A stretch of 64,000 nt of DNA from Candidatus Calditenuaceae archaeon HR02 (GCA_002898395.1 BEHE01000009.1:15392-79391); one strand, 5' to 3'; positions 50,258 through 59,874 are shown, counted from the first letter of the stretch. The notes: generated from the letters alone by a model not told the origin. A program made the numbers and translations.

Positions 50258-50318
50258 GATGGGTCAGAGCGGGTATCTTCATCACGTCTCAGAAATACCC
50301 GCTATCATCACCCACAGT
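50258..50318 (-). ncRNA. Candidate C/D-box sRNA (C GTGATGA, D' CTGA, C' GTGATGA, D CTGA; 12- and 11-nt guides)
   Basis: Box order and spacing on the minus strand are canonical for archaeal sRNAs; caveat: the two guides are largely self-complementary. Confidence 0.35.
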
Positions 50319-50372
50319 ATAGCCTAAAAATTCGAGAGATAAATGTTGGTGTCTCCCGGCATTTTGGACTGT

Positions 50373-50549
50373 TTAGAAGTCTTCCTTAATTATCGTCTTC
50401 CGGTTGTTTGCCTTGCAGCGCTCTACAGCCTTTTGGATCGCTTGCCTGACAACAGCGTCGAGCCCCTGAAGAGCGTCACTGCTCAGTCGGATACCCTCCG
50501 GCAGCAGCTCCCTAACCTTTGATTCTACAACCACAAACTCCCGTGGCAT
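50373..50549 (-). CDS. Small histone-fold protein (archaeal histone/DUF1931-like), 58 aa; not in the ORF track
   Basis: Translation MPREFVVVESKVRELLPEGIRLSSDALQGLDAVVRQAIQKAVERCKANNRKTIIKEDF; the C-terminal NRKTIIKEDF matches the histone GRKTIKAEDI motif. Confidence 0.5.
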   Translation of the reverse strand: MPREFVVVESKVRELLPEGIRLSSDALQGLDAVVRQAIQKAVERCKANNRKTIIKEDF

Positions 50550-50640
50550 GGTTTCGGTAAAAACTGCTAAAGGATGCTTTTTAGGTTTATCTGGCTTCTC
50601 TGACAGCCATGCAGCGGGTAATACTGGCGTCGTTTCCTAT

Positions 50641-52065
50641 TTATATTGTGGTAGGGAGCTTGGGATGGAGGTTTATAAGGCTTGAACCGGGGGCAACCCG
50701 GCTTAGGACCGGCTGGAATAGCTCCGGGGTCTCGGTATGTATTGGTATTACTCTCTTGGGGCGGGCCATTCGGATAATGTGTGCCAGCTCCTCCCTGCCG
50801 GCGTGTCCAGAGGCGTGGACCTGGATGCTCTTCATACCCAGTATCGAGAGCCAGTTATCTATCCGCTCCCTGTCTATTTCCTGCTCCTCGTTGTGCGGCT
50901 CGCTCGTAGAGTAGATGAATAGGGAGTCTTCGACGGGCCTCATCAGTAGTAGGTCTAAGACGTCGTCCGGCGAGTTAAGGACAATCGTGTACTTGCTTTG
51001 ATAGGCCGCGACATCTAAGTCTGTTAGCACCGGCAAACCCTTGTCCAAGAGCTTCTCCAGGTATTCTCTCTCCCAGCCGTGGTAGTCTTGCCTGTCCAGT
51101 AAACCGCTTCCCTTCCTCTCAACCAGAACCCCTACTTTCCCCTTGCCCGGGAGGAAGTCCTCAGGCATCACCCCAAGGTTCCTAAAGGTGTTGAGCATCA
51201 TGGCCATCCTAGGAGAGATGAGGACCGTTCTCCCCGCCGCCTCGGAGGCAGAGACGATTGAGCTGAAGCGGTCGTAGTCTAGGAGACCAGTAAGCACCGC
51301 TACTAGCCCTCTCCTCTCCATAATGTTGTGGGTAAGACTCTTCTCCACATCTGCCTCGGTCGCCTGTTCCTCTTCACCTATCCGGGTGCCCTCCAACATC
51401 ACTACGTCAACACCTTGAGAAGTGATGGTCTCTGCAAACTCTTCCGTAAATACGCTCTTAGGCCCATGTAGCCTTAGATCACCCGAATACGCCACACTCC
51501 CTTCCGGTGAGTGCACTATAAGGCCGTAGGAGCCTGGAACCGAGTGGTCTACATGTATTGGAACTACCTCGAATGAACCGATCCGAACATTGCTGCCCGT
51601 CCTGAAGAGGCGGACCACCCTATCTTCATCGGTAAATATTTTATCTTCTAGCGTCTTCGCGGGTTTGGTCAGCTCCCTCGTCCTAGCTATCTCGTAGCTC
51701 CCTTCACCGAGATAGATGGGGATGTCCTTTCGCAGCAGTGAGACGTGGCCGATGTGGTCCGTGTGGGGGTGGCTAACCACTATGCCCTGCACGTTTAGTT
51801 CGGGGGCCTTACGAAGGAACTCACTTGTGAGGCCGGTTGGGTCGAAGAGCTCCCTGTCGTAGAGGTTTCGGACTAGGGGGATGGAGCGGGACGCGATTAG
51901 CGAGGCCAGCAGCGAGAACTTTTTGGGCCTCAGAAAGAACCCGAAATAGCGCCTCCTGTATGCATAGCTTATTCCGAAGTCGATGAATAAGCCTTCACTC
52001 CGGGCCTCGATATAGAATTTGTTACCGCCAACCTCGCCCACGCCTCCAAACCCCCACACCCTCAT
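50641..52065 (-). CDS. MBL-fold beta-CASP ribonuclease (archaeal RNase J-like)
   Basis: GGVGEVGGN start; VSHPHTDHIGHV HxHxDH motif; beta-CASP C-terminal motifs. Confidence 0.6.
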   Translation of the reverse strand: MRVWGFGGVGEVGGNKFYIEARSEGLFIDFGISYAYRRRYFGFFLRPKKFSLLASLIASRSIPLVRNLYDRELFDPTGLTSEFLRKAPELNVQGIVVSHPHTDHIGHVSLLRKDIPIYLGEGSYEIARTRELTKPAKTLEDKIFTDEDRVVRLFRTGSNVRIGSFEVVPIHVDHSVPGSYGLIVHSPEGSVAYSGDLRLHGPKSVFTEEFAETITSQGVDVVMLEGTRIGEEEQATEADVEKSLTHNIMERRGLVAVLTGLLDYDRFSSIVSASEAAGRTVLISPRMAMMLNTFRNLGVMPEDFLPGKGKVGVLVERKGSGLLDRQDYHGWEREYLEKLLDKGLPVLTDLDVAAYQSKYTIVLNSPDDVLDLLLMRPVEDSLFIYSTSEPHNEEQEIDRERIDNWLSILGMKSIQVHASGHAGREELAHIIRMARPKRVIPIHTETPELFQPVLSRVAPGSSLINLHPKLPTTI

Positions 52066-52185
52066 GCTCTCGTAATAGCTGGATAAACTGATTTAAAGCT
52101 ACGTCCCCCGAAAATCGCCTATGATTTGGACTCTTGTAGCTAAACAAATCTTTTAAACCTCTTTCATGAAGGTTCAGGTAGAGAA

Positions 52186-54798
52186 ATGCTTGAGACGCTT
52201 TGGATTTGGCGTGACGAGCGTGTCGTAAAAAGGCTCTCGTGGTATCTTGCGGTCTCAACCAACAAGATGCCTGCAAAGTATCTGATATGTCGGAGGATAC
52301 CGGTTGATGTGGATTTTAGCGCCAGCGAAGAGGAGCTCTGGGACGCGAACAGGAGGGCTGCTAAGATTTTCGATCAGATTCACAGGGGCATAAGGAGGGG
52401 CGAGATAGCCCTCGGAGATCTTGAGAAGCCGAAGAAGAGTCTCATGGATTTGAAGGTTGAACTTGTGAACAAGATGCTCAGGCACTGCAACTTCTGCAGG
52501 TGGAACTGTAAGGTAGACAGGCTCCAGGGCCAAAAGAGGGGTACATGCATGCTCGATTGGACATCTCGTGTGAGCAGCTACTTCCACCACCTCGGAGAGG
52601 AGCTCCCTATACGCGGGGTGAGAGGCTCAGGCACAATATTCTTCACGTCATGCAACATGAGGTGTGGTTTTTGCGTTCATCCAGACACCTACGTAATGAC
52701 CGACACGGGGCCTAGGAGGATAGAGGAGTTATTCTTAGAGGCTGAAGGGGCAGTATTGCACGGCGACGGCTACGTAAGGTTTCCAAGGGAGGTATACACC
52801 TACACGTACGACGGTAAAAGGGTTAAGGTATCTAAGGTCTTCAAGCATTTTTACGCCGGTGATCTTATCGTCATCAAGCCTTTCTACGCACCTCCTATAA
52901 ATGTAACGCCAGCTCATGAGCTAGTAGTTTATAGCGAGGAGGAAGGAGGAATAAGGAAAAAGAAGGCTAGCGAACTTAGCATAGGAGATAAGTTGTTGAT
53001 ACCTAGACTGAAGAGGGAAAGCGGCGAAGAAGTCTGTATAGACGTAGGGCGAATTTTGGAGAGCGCTATAGCTGAGCTTAAGTTCTTCGTGAACATTCAG
53101 CCGGAGATGCACGAGCTAGTCGTCAAACTTCACGAATCAGGCCTGACATCTAGCGAGATAGGGGGGAGGACGGGTTACCACCCTGCATACGTTAGAGGCC
53201 TTATAAGTAGGTTAAGAAGGGGCGAGGTAGGAGGCAAGGAGAAAAAGAACTCATTAGTCTTTGAGGACGGTAGAGTGAGATTAAAGACAGAAAAGCGACC
53301 TGGCATACCAGCTAAGTTGAAGCTCGATGAGGAGGTTGCCGAGCTATTAGGATATTATTGCGCTGAGGGCCATGTGAGTAAGTGTAGCGACAGGCCGAGT
53401 AGTTATAAATTAGTGATCAGCTTCGGCAAAAATGAAAGGGATTTAGCCGCTAGAACAAAGACTCTCTTGGAGAAGAAGTTCGACATAAGTGCACGGATAG
53501 TTGAGCGCAAGACGACCATAAGCGTCGAAGTGGGCAAAACTTCGCTGGCCCTTCTCTTCAAATCGTTATGCGGAAGCAATTCATACGATAAGAAAGTACC
53601 TCCCCACCTATTCAAGGCGCCTGATAGCGTGATAGAGTCGTTCACAGAGGCTATTAACGTAGGGGACGGGTGTATAACAGGGGGTTACGTATCCATTAAT
53701 ACGTCGTCGAGGGAGTTGGCGCATGGATTATATGGGCTATATATACTGTTAGGGCACCTCCCGAGCTATAACGTCTATAAACCATCTGCTGAGAAGATCA
53801 TAGAGTCTAGGAGAGTTAAGCAATCTATAATCTACTACGTGAAGGTTAGATTATCTAGGATGCGTGATAAATCTTGGAGAGAAGCTAAACACGTCAGGTA
53901 TAGATTTACAGACGATTACATAATAGTCCCGATACACTCAATATCGAAGAAACGATACACCGGCCCAGTATATAACATGGAGGTGGACGACAAGAGTCAT
54001 ACATACACGGCTAGCTACATAGCTATAGGTAACTGCCAGAACGGGGACATAAGCAGGGATAAGGATAATGGGCTGGTTGTGGACCCTGAACTCCTAGCCA
54101 TGATGATGTGGGAGCTGAGGGTTGAGGGCTGCCATAACATAAACTTGGTGGGCGGCGAGCCGACAATCCACCTACATACAATAGTCGAGGCCATATCCCT
54201 CTTAGGAAGCATCCAGCCTACGCGGGATAAGCTAACCTATCTCTGGATGATGAAGCCCGACGCGCTCAGGTGGCGGAGGCTCGAGCCATCCCAGTACCTC
54301 TACGGCGGAGAGCTAAACACACCCATTCTCTGGAACTCGAACATGTACATGAGTGGCGAGACCCTCGCGATTTTGAGGGAGCTCGTAGACATCTGGCTTC
54401 CAGACTTTAAGTTTGGGAGTAACACCTGCTCCATAAAGCTGGCGAGGACTCCATGGTACTGGGAGACCGTCTCAGCTAATCATAAGACAATCTACGACTG
54501 GGGTGAGGATATAGTGATTAGGCACTTGGTCATGCCCAACCACGTTGAGTGCTGCACCAAGAGGGTTCTCTCTTGGATAGCGGAGAACATGCCTGGCACC
54601 CCAGTCAACGTAATGGACCAATACCATCCCGACTGCTTCGCAGACCCTCTAAGCCCCGAATTCGACCCACGGTACAGCGAGATCGCGCGGAGACCTACGA
54701 AGGAGGAGATACTTGAGGCCTATAGGTATGCGAGGGACCTGGGACTCCCCTTCGAATCCATAAGCCTGGAGAAAAGCGTGTTTGGCTTGCGTCCTTAG
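52186..54798 (+). CDS. PflX-family radical SAM enzyme (COG1313), interrupted by an intein
   Basis: Exteins: ...FFTSCNMRCGF | CQNGDISRD...GGEPTIHL...; the spliced join restores the family signature CNxRCxFCQN; the mature protein would be ~416 aa. Confidence 0.8.
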   Translation: MLETLWIWRDERVVKRLSWYLAVSTNKMPAKYLICRRIPVDVDFSASEEELWDANRRAAKIFDQIHRGIRRGEIALGDLEKPKKSLMDLKVELVNKMLRHCNFCRWNCKVDRLQGQKRGTCMLDWTSRVSSYFHHLGEELPIRGVRGSGTIFFTSCNMRCGFCVHPDTYVMTDTGPRRIEELFLEAEGAVLHGDGYVRFPREVYTYTYDGKRVKVSKVFKHFYAGDLIVIKPFYAPPINVTPAHELVVYSEEEGGIRKKKASELSIGDKLLIPRLKRESGEEVCIDVGRILESAIAELKFFVNIQPEMHELVVKLHESGLTSSEIGGRTGYHPAYVRGLISRLRRGEVGGKEKKNSLVFEDGRVRLKTEKRPGIPAKLKLDEEVAELLGYYCAEGHVSKCSDRPSSYKLVISFGKNERDLAARTKTLLEKKFDISARIVERKTTISVEVGKTSLALLFKSLCGSNSYDKKVPPHLFKAPDSVIESFTEAINVGDGCITGGYVSINTSSRELAHGLYGLYILLGHLPSYNVYKPSAEKIIESRRVKQSIIYYVKVRLSRMRDKSWREAKHVRYRFTDDYIIVPIHSISKKRYTGPVYNMEVDDKSHTYTASYIAIGNCQNGDISRDKDNGLVVDPELLAMMMWELRVEGCHNINLVGGEPTIHLHTIVEAISLLGSIQPTRDKLTYLWMMKPDALRWRRLEPSQYLYGGELNTPILWNSNMYMSGETLAILRELVDIWLPDFKFGSNTCSIKLARTPWYWETVSANHKTIYDWGEDIVIRHLVMPNHVECCTKRVLSWIAENMPGTPVNVMDQYHPDCFADPLSPEFDPRYSEIARRPTKEEILEAYRYARDLGLPFESISLEKSVFGLRP
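52672..54033 (+). mobile_element. Intein (454 aa) with LAGLIDADG homing-endonuclease domain
   Basis: Block A CVHPDTYVMTDTG; block B TPAHELV; LAGLIDADG blocks LLGYYCAEGHVS and INVGDGCITGG; C-terminus ...YIAIGN followed by +1 Cys. Confidence 0.8.
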
Positions 54799-55265
54799 CT
54801 TAGCTTCAGCTTCTTGTCCGACAGTAGTCTGGCTATTCTTGCGAGGACTTTGGAGGAGCTATTCAGCTTTGCCGAGGACATTTTAGGCGCCTTAACCACC
54901 CTGACCTGCCATCCTTCCCTCTTCGCCTCCTCCATGAACTCGCTGCGGATCTTGTCTTGGTCGTAGCCGAAGACCACAGCGTCTGGGCGGAACCTCTTAA
55001 TAACTCTCCTGAAGCTGAATGGCTTATAGCCTAGATGGGCTTCGTCAACGAATTTCAGACTCCTGACTAGGATCAGCCTCTCCTTCTCGCTGAAGATCGG
55101 CGGCCTCTTCTTCCTCCTCTTCACGGTCTCATCCCTCGCGATTATTACTATTAGGCGTCCATTCTTCCCCTTCAGCCTGCCCGCGTATCGGAGTAGGTAT
55201 ATGTGGCCTGGGTGCAGTATGTCGAAGACGCCTGTAGTGAGTATTATCCTAGACCTTCTCACCAA
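54795..55265 (-). CDS. ribL: Cytidylyltransferase-fold protein, probable FAD synthase RibL
   Basis: TGVFDILHPGH (HxGH) and VIIARDETV; ~150 aa. Confidence 0.5.
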   Translation of the reverse strand: MVRRSRIILTTGVFDILHPGHIYLLRYAGRLKGKNGRLIVIIARDETVKRRKKRPPIFSEKERLILVRSLKFVDEAHLGYKPFSFRRVIKRFRPDAVVFGYDQDKIRSEFMEEAKREGWQVRVVKAPKMSSAKLNSSSKVLARIARLLSDKKLKLS

Positions 55266-56290
55266 GTGAACTCGACCTTCCCCAGCGCTCTTAGACAGTC
55301 TAGCAGTCCCTCAGCATAGGATACGGCTATGAGAGAGTCGTCGGCCATATCCGAGTTGAGGAAGAATTTCGCGTCCTCAACGTATGATCTGGCGAGTTCT
55401 AGGACCCTTCGCGTTTCGGCGTCGCCGCTGAGTATTTGGAGTCGAGTGAGGGTGCTACTGGCCTTGGCCACGTATCTCTCGGCCCGAGCCCTACGGTGGC
55501 TTGCTGGCTTATGGGGTTTAAGAAGACCTTCATCGACACGCATCAATTTGTTGATGGCATCCCTCTCATAGGAGCGCAGCTCGGCCGGAATAATAACTAT
55601 GTGTGGTGGAGGTGGGAGGTGGAGGTTTGAGACGTCGGAGGCCCTACACGCAACCCGGACCTCGTCTCTATAGCCCAGCCTAGCCAACACAATGACCGTG
55701 CTATCAGGCCCGAGCCTACCCCCTACCTCGGCCCCCGCGTCGAGCAGCATTCTCACAGCCTCTGATGCGCTGAGCCCACCCCCGGCCACGTCCAAGAGGA
55801 CTAATGTGTGGAGCCCGGCCTCAATGTTCTCCTCTACGCACCTATAGATGGTTTTGAGGCTCTCGCCGCTGGCGTCTCGGGGAACTGTGACTATGCGGCC
55901 AAACTTGTAGGAGGAGAGGCAGGAGGAGCCGATGGCTGCTGAGACGGAGGACACGCCGTAAACTATTTCGCAGCCCACACCCCTGCCTGCCGCCTCCATT
56001 AAGACCGCGATGTGGGTTGTGGCGATAAGCGGGTCCCCCGGGACGGCAACCGCGACACTCATGGTCGCTGCCTTATCCACCAGCTCAGCAACCCTCTCTT
56101 CGAGGTCTGACCTCTCGGCCAATCTCAGCCTTTCCCCCAGCCTCGACCTCAGAAACTCCACTAGCTCACTGGGCAGGGGGCTGGTGTAGGTGTCCAGATA
56201 GACTATGTCCGACTCCTCAAGAGCCTTGATGGCCTTTAGCGTCATGTACTCAGGGGGGCCAAGCCCTAGCCCTACTAGCCTCAGCACCAC
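55259..56290 (-). CDS. dph5: Diphthine synthase (Dph5) with an ~90-aa C-terminal extension
   Basis: LVGLGLG start; GDPLIATTH; homology runs through PPPHIVIIP and then continues ~90 aa beyond the usual end. Confidence 0.7.
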   Translation of the reverse strand: MVLRLVGLGLGPPEYMTLKAIKALEESDIVYLDTYTSPLPSELVEFLRSRLGERLRLAERSDLEERVAELVDKAATMSVAVAVPGDPLIATTHIAVLMEAAGRGVGCEIVYGVSSVSAAIGSSCLSSYKFGRIVTVPRDASGESLKTIYRCVEENIEAGLHTLVLLDVAGGGLSASEAVRMLLDAGAEVGGRLGPDSTVIVLARLGYRDEVRVACRASDVSNLHLPPPPHIVIIPAELRSYERDAINKLMRVDEGLLKPHKPASHRRARAERYVAKASSTLTRLQILSGDAETRRVLELARSYVEDAKFFLNSDMADDSLIAVSYAEGLLDCLRALGKVEFTW

Positions 56291-56358
56291 GAATGCATCT
56301 TATTGGCGAGGTGATAAACACATCTTCTGAAGGATGGATGAAGGACTTATAGGGGTGT

Positions 56359-57429
56359 GTGGAAAGTCTTCCCCCAGGAGGTCGGGTAGTAGGTGGGTTG
56401 AAGGCAGTAGTGCTTGCTGCGGGTGAGGGTAAAAGGCTCGATCCACTAACTAGGAATAGGCCTAAGCCCCTCCTACCGGTCGCAGGTATTCCCTTAATCC
56501 TCAGAACGGTCAGGGCTCTTCAAAGCGCCGGCGTGGGTGAGGCCTGCATAGTTACCAGTCCGGCAGGTGACCGGATAATGGATGCTCTAAAAGGTGTGGA
56601 GGGGCCACGTTTGAGGCGCGGAGTACAGGAGAAGCCGTTGGGGACGGCACACGCGCTCCTCGCTGCCAAGGATTTCGTTGAGGGGGAGGAGAGTTTCCTC
56701 CTAGTTTATGGGGACCTTTTCTTCGAGGCTGGGATGCTCCGGGGGCTAGTGGAGCATGTTGCGAGAGGGTTTGATGGAGGAGTCTTGGCTATCCAGCGGG
56801 AGGATGCGAAGAGGTTCGGCGTGCTGCATGAGGAGGATGGGTTGTTGAAGGGCATAGCTGAAAAGCCCGAAAACATATTCGGTCCAGCCCTGATAAACTC
56901 TGGAATCTACGTACTGCCAGGTGAGATATTCGAGGCGGCTGAAGAGGTTAAACCATCACCTAGAGGTGAATACGAGCTCACAGACGCAATAACTCAACTC
57001 GTGAAGAGGGGGAGGCGGATTGCTGTCTATAGGCATCCTAGTGGATATTGGCTTGACGTGGGGACGCCCGCAAGCTACTTAGAGGCAAACCTGCTGGCGC
57101 TGCAGGAGTTGAGCCCGCAGGCCACCTCAAAGACCCTGCGAGACTCGTACATCGGTGGGGGAGTCAGGTTGGGTGGCCGCGTCGAGGTGAAGTCCTCCGT
57201 CCTGATGGAGGGCGTCGAGGTCGGCGAGAATGTGGCTCTAGATTCCGTGGTGTTGCTTGAGAGAGCGGTCGTCGAGGATGATTCTCGGCTCTCCTACGCT
57301 ATCGTTGGTGAAGGGGGTAGGGCTGGCGTGGGATGCCGGCTCGAGGGTCTCCGCGAAAAGCCGGTAATCGTCTCTCCAGGCGCCACCATTCCACCCTACC
57401 TCACTGCGGAGCCCGGAGACGTGCTTTAG
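56359..57429 (+). CDS. Sugar-1-phosphate nucleotidyltransferase with C-terminal left-handed beta-helix (GlmU/RmlA-like)
   Basis: VVLAAGEGKRLDPLTRNRPKPLLPV N-terminal signature; hexapeptide repeats at the C-terminus. Confidence 0.7.
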   Translation: MESLPPGGRVVGGLKAVVLAAGEGKRLDPLTRNRPKPLLPVAGIPLILRTVRALQSAGVGEACIVTSPAGDRIMDALKGVEGPRLRRGVQEKPLGTAHALLAAKDFVEGEESFLLVYGDLFFEAGMLRGLVEHVARGFDGGVLAIQREDAKRFGVLHEEDGLLKGIAEKPENIFGPALINSGIYVLPGEIFEAAEEVKPSPRGEYELTDAITQLVKRGRRIAVYRHPSGYWLDVGTPASYLEANLLALQELSPQATSKTLRDSYIGGGVRLGGRVEVKSSVLMEGVEVGENVALDSVVLLERAVVEDDSRLSYAIVGEGGRAGVGCRLEGLREKPVIVSPGATIPPYLTAEPGDVL

Positions 57430-58036
57430 CCTCACTCCTTAGCAAGGAGCGCGCAAGCAACCTGGCAATCCTTATTGGCTCTGGGACCCTTCCACTAATA
57501 GTCATCCTATTCAAGACCGCCTCGGCAGACCTCCGAGAGAGCCCGACCCTCCTCACATGGACTGTGTAGCCCGTCTTGAGGACGTATTCCTCTCTCTCCC
57601 CATTGGACTCATAGACTCTGAGCCTCTCCTCCCAATCGCCTGGAAACCTGGACTTTATAACCTCGGAAAGCCCCTCAGAGGGGTTGTATGTTACGCAGAG
57701 GAGTGGAACACTTGTCTCAGACGCAACCTTGCCTAGGTCGACTATGTTAAAGAGGCTTATGATGCAGCCTCCGAGCATGAGGAGGTTGATGTCACTCCTA
57801 TCGAGCTCCCTATACATCTCGATTATGCTGTCCGTCGCATCCATCCCTCCCACAGTGCACCTGCCCACAGCGAACCCGTCGAGGAGAAAGTCCGCCCGCA
57901 TCACCACGCCTGCGAGGAAAGACTTATCGCCTAAAACCGGCCTGAAGCTTTCTGCGACCCCGAAGACCCTGAATCCAGGCTTAAAGGCGGAGAACCCCTT
58001 AATTCTCAAGCCAGCGACAGAGCCACCTCCATCCAA
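57401..58036 (-). CDS. DUF99 (UPF0215) family protein
   Basis: RVFGVAESF...AGVVMRAD...GGMDATD pattern. Confidence 0.45.
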   Translation of the reverse strand: MDGGGSVAGLRIKGFSAFKPGFRVFGVAESFRPVLGDKSFLAGVVMRADFLLDGFAVGRCTVGGMDATDSIIEMYRELDRSDINLLMLGGCIISLFNIVDLGKVASETSVPLLCVTYNPSEGLSEVIKSRFPGDWEERLRVYESNGEREEYVLKTGYTVHVRRVGLSRRSAEAVLNRMTISGRVPEPIRIARLLARSLLRSEAKARLRAPQ

Positions 58037-58998
58037 GCCCTTGCCACATTCTCGGGATTATACCCACCACCACCCATCGCAACGATCCGGCCGCCGCATC
58101 TCTCACCCGCCAGCTTCCTAAGAGCCGTCGCAGCATACCTGTGAGACGCCGGAGAATACTCTAGCCGTGTTAAGGGGTCGTCCTCGATTCCATCGGCCCC
58201 ACATTGCAGAAGAACAAAGTCGAAGTCGTGCTTCTCGAGAAAAGCTAGGCCCTCGTCGAAGGCGTTCTTAAAGTCAGTATCATCCGCACCCGGTGGTAGC
58301 GGAATGTTGAGCTTCTTTCCTTTCCCTGCGCCTCGCCCATCCTCATACCTGAATCCAGTCCCTGGATAAAGCGTCCTGCCATCCTGATGGATGTCGAAGA
58401 AGATGACCCGCGGATCTTCTTCAAACTCATAGTACACTCCATCGCCATGGTGGGCGTCTATGTCAACATAGGCCACGGCCCTAACCTTCTCCCTCTCTAA
58501 GAGATACTTGATGGCTACGGCGGCGTCGTTGAAGACACAGAAGCCCCCAGCTTTGCTGCTCATGGCGTGGTGGAGCCCACCCATAGGGTTGAAACCCCTG
58601 CAATCCTCCCTCAATACGAGCTTCACAAGGCCGAGGGTTGTGCCGACAACATATGATGCGGCTTCGAAGACGCCTGGGAAGGCGGGGGTGTCTCCATAGT
58701 CGAGGTATCCATAGCCCTGCCACGACGCGTACTGAACAAACTTGATATAATCCTCGTCATGGAAGAGCCGGAGCTCCTCTAGGCTAGCCATCACTGGCTT
58801 GAAGACGCTATACTTTAACCCCGACTCGTCCAGGGCCTTGTAGAAGGACTCGAGCCTCACCCGGTTCATCGGATGCGCCCCGCTGAAGCTGTATCTCAGC
58901 AGCTCCTCGCCACGTGCAATATACAGCATACCAAGACAAGCATCGCGCATAGGGGATAAAAACATGTCTCTCTCGCGCTGCGTCAGCAATATAACCAT
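58006..58998 (-). CDS. Histone-deacetylase-superfamily protein (AcuC/AphA-like)
   Basis: DIDAHHGDG and CGADG motifs; true start probably at an internal Met. Confidence 0.7.
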   Translation of the reverse strand: MVILLTQRERDMFLSPMRDACLGMLYIARGEELLRYSFSGAHPMNRVRLESFYKALDESGLKYSVFKPVMASLEELRLFHDEDYIKFVQYASWQGYGYLDYGDTPAFPGVFEAASYVVGTTLGLVKLVLREDCRGFNPMGGLHHAMSSKAGGFCVFNDAAVAIKYLLEREKVRAVAYVDIDAHHGDGVYYEFEEDPRVIFFDIHQDGRTLYPGTGFRYEDGRGAGKGKKLNIPLPPGADDTDFKNAFDEGLAFLEKHDFDFVLLQCGADGIEDDPLTRLEYSPASHRYAATALRKLAGERCGGRIVAMGGGGYNPENVARAWMEVALSLA

Positions 58999-59028
58999 CC
59001 GTGATGCATGAATCTTGTGGTGATTATA

Positions 59029-59874
59029 ATGGAGTATAAACGCCTCGGTAAGACGGATGAGAAGATAGCCGCTATAGGCCTCGGGACCTGGAAGCTAGGT
59101 GGTTCTATGTCGGCGGACTACTCCCACGACCTCGAGGCCATCGAGGTCATCAGGCACGCAGTGGAGCTAGGCATGAACCATATAGATACCGCCGAGATGT
59201 ATGGGGCGGGACACTCTGAAGAACTTGTAGGGAGGGCGATCAAGGTCTTTCCACGCGACGAGGTCTTCATAGCCACGAAGGTCTGGTACACAAATTTACG
59301 CTACGACGACGTGCTACGGGCGTGTGAGAGAAGCCTGAAGAGACTCGGTGTGAAATATGTGGACCTCTACATGGTCCACTGGCCGAACGAGAGGATACCT
59401 CTCTCAGAGACGATGAAGGCGATGGAGAAGCTCTACAAGGACGGGAAGATCAGATACATTGGTGTAAGTAACTTCTCCACGCACCTCGTCGAGGAGGCGC
59501 AGAGCAGTCTCTCAACCACAGACATCGTTGTGAACCAGGTAGAGTATGGTCTTCACGACAGGTCGATAGAGAACGAACTCCTCCCCTACTGTGAGAGGAA
59601 TGGAATAACAGTGACGGCCTACAGCCCCTTGGGGCAGGGCAGAATCGTTATGGAACTCAAGACCAAGACTAGGAGGACCGAAATATTACATGAACTGGCT
59701 GAGCGATATGGGAAGACTCCTATCCAAATCTCCCTCAACTGGGTCATCTGGAGAGAGAATGTCATAACCATACCGAAAGCCTCTAGGAGGGAGCATTTAG
59801 AGGAGAATGCGGGGGCCTGCGGCTGGCGCCTCTCCCCCAAAGACTACGAACTCTTATCGAATGTGTGGAGGTAG
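59029..59874 (+). CDS. Aldo/keto reductase
   Basis: MEYKRLGKTDEKIAAIGLGTW start; AEMYG; HWPN. Confidence 0.8.
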   Translation: MEYKRLGKTDEKIAAIGLGTWKLGGSMSADYSHDLEAIEVIRHAVELGMNHIDTAEMYGAGHSEELVGRAIKVFPRDEVFIATKVWYTNLRYDDVLRACERSLKRLGVKYVDLYMVHWPNERIPLSETMKAMEKLYKDGKIRYIGVSNFSTHLVEEAQSSLSTTDIVVNQVEYGLHDRSIENELLPYCERNGITVTAYSPLGQGRIVMELKTKTRRTEILHELAERYGKTPIQISLNWVIWRENVITIPKASRREHLEENAGACGWRLSPKDYELLSNVWR

